64,000 bases of DNA from positions 376,216,001 to 376,280,000 of the forward strand of contig CM097882.1 in assembly GCA_044892505.1 (NCBI GenBank). Direction: 5' to 3'. The position numbers were made by a program, and so were the translations under genes. The DNA comes from Schmidtea nova (Eukaryota). The notes under the pieces were generated by a model. The model ran no database searches. It was not told the DNA's origin and was given only the letters and a program-made list of their open reading frames with translations. Below, in pieces: positions 40,408 through 51,343 of this stretch; within the stretch, counting starts at the first letter, position 1; each line of letters starts with the position of its first letter.

Positions 40408-41336
40408 GTAAATTTATTTATTAATTATATAAATGATATTGTTTTTATTACTGATTTCTCATATATTCACATATAATTCAAATGTAGTTATTTTACTAAA
40501 AAAAATTCCAAGCTCAATGAGTAACACCAATAGAGAAACTAAATTTTAAACCAAAACTTACACATTTCGATGGTTTTGTCTAAATGAAATAGTTATTACT
40601 GAGGAAGCGAATACAAAAGCATTTATGATTTAACTTTTAAAATTTTAAATGAGATTCTGGGTGTATTTTTATTTTGGAAATTTTGTGTTGAGGTCCAAGA
40701 TTTTTAGATCTTGACGTGCGCTGGTGATGTCTATGTAAATAATAATAAGAAGTCAAGTTTTGTTAAATATTTACTGAATAATAAAATTTACCGATATATA
40801 GTGAACTCAAAATTCAACACTCACAATTATACCAGATAGCGTAAATAGTTAATGTGTACGTCTTATTTTGTGCTTGTTATGCTTATTTATTTTAAAAGAT
40901 TTTGGATTTTTTGTGGTGTCCTTATATTAATTTCTCTTAGGATTACCCTTCGAGAATAGTTATAGCACTAAATTTTGTAGAACTGAAATTCTAAAAAATT
41001 TTGTGGACATTTTTGTGATTTTTTAATTTCCTTTATATACTAAATATATATTCTGTACATACAGTACAACTAAATTGATTTTAAATATTTATTTTACATA
41101 AAATTTTCTGTAATTGCCATTAAAACGATCGATTTCAAATATTTATTTTACATTTCCCTAATTGATTTCAGTTTGTTGATATTCCTTTGATAATTTATAA
41201 AAAATGATTTCCTAATAATTATTAAAATAAATCCCAATAAAAACACTAGGGGATAGTGAGCGGTCCAGCACTAGCCATCGATCTCTAAACGGTATATGTT
41301 ACGTAATAATTATACAATTAGACCATCCCTTTAAAC

Positions 41337-43403
41337 CAGGGGTCTCAAACTCAAACTGGCCTGCGGGCCGCATTAGACTAGTATCATGAGCCGGTGGGCT
41401 GCAACATAATTTTTTTTGAAAATAAATACTCGAGAATGTATCATAATTGCAATTTATTAGAAATAGGAAAAAAACATTATTATGAACATGAAAATGTAAC
41501 ACAAAATTATTTAAATAAAGACAAACAAAGCTTCAAATATATTATTTTTATTTCTGGCTACTTAGTTGGCAACGTTTAGCCACCACAAGAGCATCAATAT
41601 TAGGAACAATCTTTTGAGATGTGGCCAATCTTAGTGTTGCTTGTAAATTTTTGTCACTTAACTTTGTTCTTGTTGAAGATTTGTTGAATTTCATCAATGA
41701 AAAAAATTTTCATAAAGATATGTGCTTTCAAACATTGCATTAATCTTTACTTCTTGAGAATGCAACCTTGGAAATCTTTCTTGTTGGAGATATGAATAAA
41801 ACTCAAGAATTCCAACATCAGAGTACTTTTGTTTTAAAAAAGAATCACGCTGAAGCTCCACTAATTCCATCTGAATTCCCTCTGCCACGGATTCAACATC
41901 AACAGCAAATGGTATTGAAAAAAGATGGAACTGTGGTTCAAGCATTTTAAAATCTTTAAATCGTGTCTCAAATTGTTGAAGGAGTTCTTTAAGAATACCT
42001 GAATAAACTATCAAGCAATTGGGTTCAATCTTTTTCAGTGACTTGAGTGTTTGAAAATGAATGTAGTTACCACTGAAAATGTTTTTGTTCCACAAGTTCA
42101 GCTTGATTTTGAATGATTTGATGTGATCATACATTTGAGTTATGAATAAATCTTTTCCTTGCAGTTTTGTATTCAGATCATTCAAGTGATCTGTAATATC
42201 AGTTAGAAAAGCAAGATTGCTGATAAAATTTGAGTCTGTGAGTTCTGGTACTTCTTTGTTTTTTATTTTCATGAATGAGTCGATCTCATCCAAAAGATCA
42301 AAGAATCTTCTTAAAACCATTCCACGACTGAGCCACCTTACCTCAGTGTGATATAAAAGTTCGCCATGTTGGCTACCATTGGTAAGAAGGAAAGAAGAAA
42401 ATTGTCGGTGGTTTACACCTCTTGATCTAATAAAATTAACTGTTTTTACCGCGATTTCCATTACTTCTTTCATTTTAATATTTTCTCCACAGAGAGCTTC
42501 TTGATGCAAAATGCAATGAATGCTGGTAAAGTTGTTGCGGTGAGGATTGAGGATTTGAAGTTTGTTTTTAAGTAGACCAACAACTCCGACTTTTTCTGAA
42601 AGCATTGCTGGAGCACCATCTGTTGCAAGATTAACTAATTTTGACCAAGGTAGCTCAGCTTTAGCAATACACTCTTCAAGCTTTTGAAAAATATCTTTTC
42701 CTGTGGCTGTGCCCTTTAAAGGTAATAATTCTAGCAATTCCTCAGTAATCATTTAATGTTTGTCAACACCTCTAACGAAGACTGCACATTGGGCTGTATT
42801 AGTTGTGTATGTGCTCTCATAAATAGCTATGGAATATGCTTCAAAAGTTTTAGTGATATTGACAAGTTGTTTTTTGTGTCATCTGCTAACTCAGAAATTC
42901 GAGCAGAAACTGTATTAGCAGATAGACTTATTCCCTCAAACAATTTCTTCTTTTCAGGGCATATTATTTCGCAGTCTTGTACCATGCATTCTTTGACAAA
43001 AAGTCCTTATGTAAAAGTTTTGGATGCTTTTGCTATCATTTCACACAATAACATAGCTTGCTTTGACAGAATCTTCACTGACTTTATTGCACTTGGAGAA
43101 AAAGCTTGGTTGTTTTTCAACTGATGATTTGATCTGAATAATTTTCTCTTCTCTTAATTTTCCATGGAATTTGTTGAATTTGTTGCCATGAAGTGTGTTA
43201 TAGTGGCGACTAAGATACTCTTTTGCTACCGCAATTGTTTGAGGACAAATAAGACACACAATTCGGTCCTTTGTTTCAATAAAAAAATACATATCTTCCC
43301 ACTTGTCTTGAAACTTTCTGTTTTCATCTTCAATTTTTCTTTTTAATCACACCATATCTGTTTCCAACTCAACATTCATTTTTGATTTATTTTTCATAGG
43401 CAT
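41337..43403 (-). mobile_element. hAT transposon, SPIN/Charlie (GTF2IRD2-like) type, transposase disrupted
   Basis: Left TIR CAGGGGTCTCAAACTC..GGCC.GCGGGCCGC; transposase KRKIEDENRKFQDKWEDMYFF..CLIC..RHY..H, LATDGAPAM, HCILHQEALC, TEVRWLSRG, C-terminus to ~41549; frameshifts. The other TIR was not found. Confidence 0.92.
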
Positions 43404-43714
43404 TTTATATATTATTTCTTTTATTTGGAGCTGTTGAAAAAATTAAGTAAAAATTATGGAGAAATCAAATAAAATAATAATAAAAGTAATGTTAATAATA
43501 TTACCATTACCATTGATGCAATTATTCATTCATCTGCGGCTAATTCGGAAAAAAAATATTTTTTAATTCATCTAAAATATTAAAATGACCATATGCGAAG
43601 CTCTTATTCTCCCCAACCCAAACAATTTTGTCGTCATTATTTGTGAGCGCTGCCTATTCAGTTCAAAATGTGAACAATTGGTGGTTTTGTGTAACAAACC
43701 GAGATTGTTTTACT

Positions 43715-45050
43715 TTAGGTATACTCATTACATGATAACAATCCACATTTGATTGATGAATGATTGTCGTTCTTTAAATGATACGTCTTTGCATTGTTTA
43801 CTGTATGATTATCATTAGTAAGCAGACTATAGCATTTGGGCCTGAGGAATATCCATTCTTTATATGCTTTTCCTTTACTTTCGTCCTTGAATTTTCCAAT
43901 TACAGAATCCAAGTTTCTGCTATATAATGAATCTGATGGATCGTAATTGCTTGTGTTTAATAATCCATCAGCAATCATTACAAAAGTACTTGTGACTTGA
44001 GTTTGACATATTCGCATTCAAGGAAGAATGAATCCGTATCCCAGATATAATATTTATTTTAAAATTGAACTGTGCTCCATATTTTCCAGTTCAATATACT
44101 TCAGTTCATACATTCTAAGTTTAGTTAAGTTTAGCACTGTTTGTTCAATAAAGCTAAGCATATTTAAACAAACTACTTCTTTATTTAACAAAAGACCAAT
44201 CAAATCATCCGCAATTTTAACTGATCCTCTGAAAGTTGGTTTTGATATGTATGTAACCAAGTTTTCGCATTGTTACATAATCTCATATTTATTTTCTTTT
44301 GCTAATTCTATAACGGTCTTTCCGCAAACGCTATTATTCAATAATTTATAGAAATTATGATTTAAACTATTGAGGGATTCGACTCGAAGTCGAGTATTTG
44401 TACTGATGTAATCCTTCTGTTTCTTTTTGCGTAAATTTTATTGCCACTCCGAGGGCCATATGAATGACAATGATTATTATTTTTTGGATGATGGGTTAAT
44501 AATAATTTCAGTACTGTTGAATTTGGTGGACACATTTTCTTAGCTGTGACTGGAAAATAATCTAATAAATCTTGAACATCATAAGGAATCACCAAGTGCA
44601 CTTCCAAGGTGTATCCGTAAGATAATGATTTCAGATTTGAACTAACGCGGTCAACCAAAATTGATAAAAATTCTTCTTAATCATATATTTACTCAAATTC
44701 GTCACATGGGAAATTCTGGCTTAGTGCTCATCCGTACAAGTTATTTATATCGATATTGGTGGGTTGTTGATCGTCAATATGACCTTGACGTTGCTATGGC
44801 TCCCATCAACAACTCAACACATAAAACATTTAAACTACCATCTTGTTACCCGTCACTATGTAACGTTGGTACTGTAACAAGTGGGTGGGTATTCGCAATC
44901 AGTGAGCGTCGTCAATACGAAACTATGATTGACCGAATATCTCCTGGGTCCAAGGGCTACCGATAGAAGGTTTATTGCCCATTTTTGTCCCTTCTTCGAC
45001 GATTTATCTATAAGCATTCAACAAAATTTTATCGGAAATTCAACATAAAC
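43715..45050 (-). pseudogene. polB: Polinton/Maverick-type protein-primed DNA polymerase B relic
   Basis: DINNLYG*ALSQNFP; YGYTLEVHLVIP..DYFPV; ISKPTFRGS..LNKEVVCLN...LTKLRMY; LNTSNYDPSDSLYS..VIGKFKDE...LRPKCYSL. Many lesions. Confidence 0.85.
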
Positions 45051-47364
45051 ACTCTACATAACTATAAATTCCTTATTGCATCCAAATAAATTATTCCGAG
45101 CATCAAAAACACTAATATAACCCTATATTTTACCAATATTGCACTTTATGATAATTAATACATAAAATATTATATTTTTATAGAAAAATTTTAATCTGCA
45201 TTTGAAATTTGAGAAAAATTTTAATTATTACCGTAATTTTATCGAGTTTAGAAATAATAAAAATAAAATTTCCGTTTGTTTAAAATTGCTAATTTAATCA
45301 AAAGGACAAATTTACTCAATTTAAAAATTATTAATTTTAAAGGTAATTTTCTGAATTTTCTCACTAAATTGATTAATTAACGATTTCTATAGTTCAGATC
45401 AACAAGAAATGGACCTCCCCGGAAACTACGAAGCCAGAGGAAAATTCTCCCACCCCAAATGGGTCAATCCAATTAGATCTCGAGCTCCTACGAAACAAAA
45501 TAGCCCGCTCTACCGACCAAGTAAAATTTTGATTATTTCAGAATTATAATTTATTTTGAGCAATTTTAGAAAATTTCTTGAAGAGAATATGTTGGAACTG
45601 GCCCTTCAAGCACTGTAAACCGAAAAATTTCTTGCTGGAGATTCTTATCCCTCAAACTGAATGACCATCAATTTTTATCAATAAATTTTTATATAAATTT
45701 TTTCCGTCTTTACTCTTTTTCGTTTGAGTTTTTATTATTTTTATGAAATTTTGGTAAATGGGAAATTAAAAATAAACTGTAATGTATATGGCCTATTTGA
45801 TTGTACTAAGTTTGGCTGGGTATATTTAATTTTATATGGTATGGTTGAATGATAGATATAAGTGAATGAAATTTTTGTATGGTTTTTCTAGATGTATGAT
45901 GCCGACTAACATAACTGTGTAGAATTTTCAGTATGGTTTGCTTGTGTGTATATAACTATTGAATGCTAATAAATGATACTGTGTATGTGTGTATATTGTA
46001 TTTTAAATATATGTTGCCTGTGTATTAGTATGGGAAATGTTATTGAATGAAATGGATGTAATTTTTTGCAAATAGGGATGCGTTATGATTTTTGAGATAT
46101 CGTGGGGGTATTTATAATATACTATATATAAATTATATAAAATATTTTTTAAAATTAAAATAATAATAATAATTTATATTAAAATAATAATAATAATTTT
46201 TATAATACTATTTATAAATTTTAGATTTATAATTTTATGAAAATAATATAATAATAAAATTTCTAATTTTTATAATATACATTTTTATATTCGAATTTTT
46301 ATATTTTAAGTATATATATATATATAGTAAAAAATTTTTCCTATAAAATTTTGAAATTTTGGATTTTTAAAATGATAAAATTTTTCAATATAATAATAAT
46401 ATTTTCGATTTAAAATTTGTATGGGTTTCAATATAAGTTTTGAATTATAAATTCTTAGGAATTTTATAAAATGACAAAATCTTTTATATCATAACAATAT
46501 TCGGAGAATTTTTGGTTTACATTTTTTCATTATAAAAATTTTTCCAATATAATAAAAAGTAAATTTTTATTTTTTGATCGAAACGAAATCCACATAATAA
46601 TAAATTTTTCATCCATAAATTTCGAAATCTAAATAAGCATTTAATCTAAAAAGTTTTTATATGCTAAATAAAAATAAAATAAAAATAAGTTATAAATTTT
46701 TCAACGAATATTTTTCGACATCGAATAAAGTTAATTTCGGTTTCATTAATATTCTATCGGATTTGAGCATTAATTCGAACGATTTACCCTTTAATATCGG
46801 TTTTTAATATCCTGGATCTTGGATGAGAAGAAAATTATTGTGAAGGTGAAGGCGAAGGACGAGTAAAATGTTTTTGCATAATTATTTTTCCTAATGGAAA
46901 AGATGTTGCTGGAGAGATTGGTTTTTTACGTTTTCATGTGGTATTAATTTTCAATATATCAAAATTATAAATTCAGATAAACTACATTTATTATAAATAA
47001 ATATCATTAATATAACACCTTGCCTTTGGCCAAGCCACTGTTCCCCAGTTGGGATGAAGTGATCATGGATGGTGAGGCTATTCACCTGAACTCGGAAAAA
47101 TGGACTGATCGATTTACGTATCGAACCAGCGATCCGCTCAGGCTACTTCCACCCGATCGGCACAAGGCCAGACACAGGCTTCAGGGGGTAAGGAAGTAAA
47201 AAAAAAATTTATTTATTTATTTAATAGTTTATGCTTGAGTTACTAAAATTTTTTGGTTGATTATGGGAATTTGTGATATATAAAATAATAATAATAAAAA
47301 AAAAATTCATTAGATATAATCCTATATTACCAGTAATAAAAAATAAAAGAATACAACTAATAAA

Positions 47365-47670
47365 TTAAATAACATAAAAATAAATAAGAACTGTGTCGAC
47401 ATGGGAGGTCCAAAGGGCATGACTTTTTGGGCATCCCATGCCGATAACGCATATATAAAAAAAATAAACCTTACGCTTCGTGTGGTTCCTAGTCTTCTCA
47501 AAGATATTGATAAAATTTAATAAAATTTTCTCGCAAAAATTTTTAAACAGAAAATTATTCACAAATTCTGTCAACTTCTCTCTAGATTCCATTTTGATGG
47601 CGGTATATATACCGTCGATTTTCGTCACCTTCACCAGTGTAATAAAACAAATTGTTCTAGAATTTTCCAT
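47365..47670 (-). CDS. Small hypothetical protein, possibly the last gene of the cassette
   Basis: 101-aa ORF; ATG preceded by TTTAG|AAAAATTAA like the other cassette genes; no recognisable domain. Confidence 0.35.
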   Translation of the reverse strand: MENSRTICFITLVKVTKIDGIYTAIKMESREKLTEFVNNFLFKNFCEKILLNFINIFEKTRNHTKRKVYFFYICVIGMGCPKSHALWTSHVDTVLIYFYVI

Positions 47671-48543
47671 TTAATTTTTCTAAATTAATTCTAATGATTT
47701 TCCGAAAATTAAATCCATATTTTTGTGTAATAATTCTTTACAAAACACAAATAATTTATTTTAATTCCAAATTTTTGTTTTTGAATCGAAATTTGTTCGA
47801 TTTGATTTAATTTACGATATTTCGATTAATATTAGTTCTTTTTATTGTTAATGTGAAATATTTTGATAAAATCACAATTTTCGGCTAAAATTTTGTTAAT
47901 TTTTTCTGCATGAAGGTTTTATAACACAATCCCGTTTTTTATGGGTATTTTCAATGGGTTTTTCGCCTATTCCAACTTTTAAACGTTCTTCTTTTGATGG
48001 CATTTGATTTTTCTCGAGGTTTCAATGTAAGGGCTTTCAGACTCACAGCTAGCGCGTTCTCTACTAGTTGATGTATTTTGAGTCCACTTCACCTTTTGGT
48101 GTTTTTCACTTAATTGCTTGGATTTTTAATGGATTTTTGGGTTAAAACTGAATCTTGCGCGCTCTCTCTACCTATGGGGTTATCGTTTTATTAAAACAGT
48201 TTGTGGTTTTTGCCCAACATAAAATACTCGGGGGCCCGCAAAAATTGCGTCCCGCAATTTCTCAGAGGGGTTATTAACCAAGATTAATCAAAGGTCAAAA
48301 GGTTGTACATTATACACGAGCTACTTGGTCGTGATCATGCCATTCGCGACAAAAAAAATAAAAAGTGATAAAAATTAATAAAAAGTTAATACGTATACAC
48401 TAATATGAGTTTACATCGACTCGCAAGCCAAAAAAAAAATTAAATATAATGTAATATATGTGCCTACAGCGGCTAATCAAAGTTCAATATGAGTCTACAA
48501 CGACTCGGATAAAAGTTTTATCAAGTTTATTAAGTTTGTTGAA

Positions 48544-49347
48544 TTAACTTTTGGATTGAATTGGTTGGATCTTCGACTGAAATAGTTTGAATGACTCGGT
48601 ATTGATCAACTGTTTCTTGTCATCTTCTCTTCTGGATTGTTTGGAGGTCATGTGGTTCATCATTCTTGTGGCGGTCAAGCCTAACCATATTATACCACAA
48701 ATTCCGATTATTAGGAAAAAGTTAAGGATGATCAGGCAGATATCGAGAATTCGTTCGGATGATAGGAGGGATACTCTGCACTTGTCTCTGTCTTGATTGT
48801 TATCCGGTTTCGATATCTCGTTTATGTGATCGTGGATTTTATTCCTAAATGCCAGGTTTTCGAAATAAGCCTTTCTTAGTTGTTGTGCCGTTTGGTTTCC
48901 TACTTCGGAAATCTGCTGGGACAGGTTATGATGAATTTGCTGGATTTGTTTCAGACATTTCGGACTTGATGAATTTATCGTTAGCTGATCGATTAACTTG
49001 CCTATATTCATTTTAAGTTCTTTGGTGAGACTTTTTATTGCGTCACGGGTTTCTCGATCATTATCAAAAATATCCTCGAATATATCTCTGATCGCTAAAT
49101 CGGCTAATATTATCCTTGCTATTCTCTTTAGACCTGAAATTTCATCATTTTGATTGAAAAGGGTATTTTGAATTTCGATTTTGGCTTGCTCAATCTTTTC
49201 GGATAGTTGTTTGTTGTTAGAGATTTCAAATGGTTCTTTATTACATTGTTGATTTGGGTTTAATTGGCTTGATTTCTGGGTTTCTTCGAGATGACAATAA
49301 ATTGTTGTGATCATGGCGATTAGAAAAACTTCTCGGTACGATTTCAT
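48544..49347 (-). CDS. Predicted type I membrane protein (signal peptide, coiled-coil ectodomain, TM, short tail)
   Basis: 267 aa; N-terminal hydrophobic VFLIAMITTIYC; heptad-like helical region; TM ILDICLIILNFFLIIGICGIIWLGL; sequons NSS, NLS, NQT. Confidence 0.8.
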   Translation of the reverse strand: MKSYREVFLIAMITTIYCHLEETQKSSQLNPNQQCNKEPFEISNNKQLSEKIEQAKIEIQNTLFNQNDEISGLKRIARIILADLAIRDIFEDIFDNDRETRDAIKSLTKELKMNIGKLIDQLTINSSSPKCLKQIQQIHHNLSQQISEVGNQTAQQLRKAYFENLAFRNKIHDHINEISKPDNNQDRDKCRVSLLSSERILDICLIILNFFLIIGICGIIWLGLTATRMMNHMTSKQSRREDDKKQLINTESFKLFQSKIQPIQSKS

Positions 49348-49549
49348 TGTTGATTTTTGTGTTTCTAATAGAAAGAAATTGAATAATGACGATAAATAAT
49401 TTTTGTTATTTACAAGGGCGTTACGATTTTTACACAGGGTTATGATTTAATGATGATGAAATATTGTTCAAGATGAGAATACAAATAGATAGATAGATTA
49501 AATGAATGGCAGAAAATACATGAGTTGTCGAATGGGGAATCGAATCGTA

Positions 49550-50374
49550 TTATTGTTTATAGAAGTAATTCATCTGCACCGAGGTTGTAGATGTCTCAGG
49601 ATTAGGCTGTTCTGGAACTGGGTCTTCAAATATTGATCGCAGAAAATTTTCTGACGGGTTGTTATCTTCATGGGTGATTCGTTTGATGGTATTCAACTGG
49701 ATTTTCGCTTTCTCTAATTTCATTTTCTCTAATCCGATTGATGCAACAATGCTAAGGATCATTATGACTGCGAAAAGACTGATGCCCTGTAGAACGACTG
49801 TGATGGCTGCTTCTCGGTCTCTGACGTCTTCGTTGGTTGATCCTTGTTTAGGGATAATCTCTTTCTGCTTTTCGGGTAATATCAATTGTTTTATAATTCT
49901 CTCGGTCTGATGAAGTTGAGTTTTCAGTTTTTGATTTAACTCTTCGGTAAAACTTGATCTTTCCTCATTAACTTCCTCTTTATTATTTAGAGATTTTTCT
50001 ATTAGCTCGCTCAATTTCTTCAGTTCGGTTGTCAACAGTTTGAAAGATGATTGGTTTTCCAGTTGTTTCTTTAGTTGAAGATTGTTCCTTTTGGTTAAGG
50101 AGATTTGTAGTTGGATTAGTTGTTGAGTTTCATTTCTCAATTGTTTAAGGATGGTGATTGAATCTTCTCTGGATTGGGGACATTGTTGACATTGTAGTTG
50201 GATTTGCTGACACTCCTCATTTCTGGTGCGACAAATTTCTTGATAGCTTACACAAATGCTATCGGATCTTCTAAATGGATGGCTTGCTTGACATTGACTC
50301 AATGCTTCTTCGCTTCGGCAGTTTGTAATTATAAATATCATGATGATTTTTGTGATCCTCATTAGATTGCTCAT
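49550..50374 (-). CDS. Predicted type I membrane protein (signal peptide, Cys-rich region, coiled coil, TM, tail)
   Basis: 274 aa; IIMIFIITNC signal; six Cys in the following ~40 aa; Leu/Gln heptads; TM AITVVLQGISLFAVIMILSIVASIGL. Confidence 0.8.
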   Translation of the reverse strand: MSNLMRITKIIMIFIITNCRSEEALSQCQASHPFRRSDSICVSYQEICRTRNEECQQIQLQCQQCPQSREDSITILKQLRNETQQLIQLQISLTKRNNLQLKKQLENQSSFKLLTTELKKLSELIEKSLNNKEEVNEERSSFTEELNQKLKTQLHQTERIIKQLILPEKQKEIIPKQGSTNEDVRDREAAITVVLQGISLFAVIMILSIVASIGLEKMKLEKAKIQLNTIKRITHEDNNPSENFLRSIFEDPVPEQPNPETSTTSVQMNYFYKQ

Positions 50375-50469
50375 TTTCTATAGATTTATAGATTCAAATT
50401 TGTTTAATGATTTGTCAAATTTTCTCTTTTATATTTTTACAGGGATATTTACATGAGTTTAGATATATT

Positions 50470-51045
50470 TTATTCTTTCGTCTCTTCATTTAGCTTTAAC
50501 GGACTTTCTGGCTTCCAGTTACCCATTTTTGCAATCTCGTCTGCTTCTTTTCGCCTTTGTTCTTTGAGGACGTAATTTTCTGCCGTTTTGATTTCTACAA
50601 CTTTCTTTGCTTTGAATGTATCAAATTTTGCTTCTATGATTTCACTTTTCAACTTTATTATCTGTTTTTCTCTTTTGATAATCTTTTTCTGTTTGCTCTT
50701 CAAGGATCGTTGTAATGACTCGATCTTAATTCTCCTTTTATTATCAGTGTTCTGTTCACTGCTTATTTCCCTTTTGAGTCTGTCAATCTCTTGCTTCTGT
50801 CTGTCGCAATATTTTTGAGTAAGATCATTTTGTTGGCGAAATAGATAATTTTCTCGCTTGATTATTTCCATCGTCTCGCACTCTTGTTCCATTTGTGCGA
50901 TATATTTTCTATCTTTGCTCATTACTTCCTTCAATTGATCTATTTGGTCTTGATAATATTGCTCTGTTGCTCTTTTCCATTTTTTGAATCTTTCTTTTGA
51001 TATCGTTTGTTGTTCTGGTTCTGATCTTTGCTTCAGTAGTTTCAT
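50470..51045 (-). CDS. Basic coiled-coil protein
   Basis: 191-aa intact ORF, K/E/Q/R-rich helical composition. Confidence 0.75.
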   Translation of the reverse strand: MKLLKQRSEPEQQTISKERFKKWKRATEQYYQDQIDQLKEVMSKDRKYIAQMEQECETMEIIKRENYLFRQQNDLTQKYCDRQKQEIDRLKREISSEQNTDNKRRIKIESLQRSLKSKQKKIIKREKQIIKLKSEIIEAKFDTFKAKKVVEIKTAENYVLKEQRRKEADEIAKMGNWKPESPLKLNEETKE

Positions 51046-51343
51046 TTTCTATAATTTGAATTTTCATAACTCTTTTCTACAGTTTTATTAATTTTGTTTT
51101 TGTTTTTATCATTTTTATCATTTTCTAATTTTCTAATTTTTATTTGTTTTTCATTTTTTTTTCTAATTTTTATTGAATTTTTATTTTTTCTGCTTTTTAT
51201 TTAATTTTTTTTTTATTTATTTATTTATTTATTTTTTTTTTGATATATTTTACAACTTTTTCTTTTTACATTTTTTTTTCAACGTTTTCTTTTTACACTT
51301 TACATTCCGATTTCTTTTTACACTTTACATTCACTTTTATTAT

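Noticed and set aside
47100-47130. Possible hammerhead core (CTGATCGA...GAAC)
   Set aside because: Does not fit CUGANGA...GAAA. I found no intact hammerhead core in the cassette spacers, so a Terminon/Penelope assignment is unsupported.
47060-47165. Short matches to human 7SL RNA on the minus strand (TGCCGATCGGGTG, GATCAGT, GTGAATAGCC)
   Set aside because: The SRP54-binding helix 8 motif and Alu domain are absent, spacing is wrong, and these blocks are not the universally conserved parts; probably chance. An Rfam scan would settle it.
48225-48265. Helitron 3' hairpin
   Set aside because: No CTRR terminus at the expected distance and no Rep/helicase.
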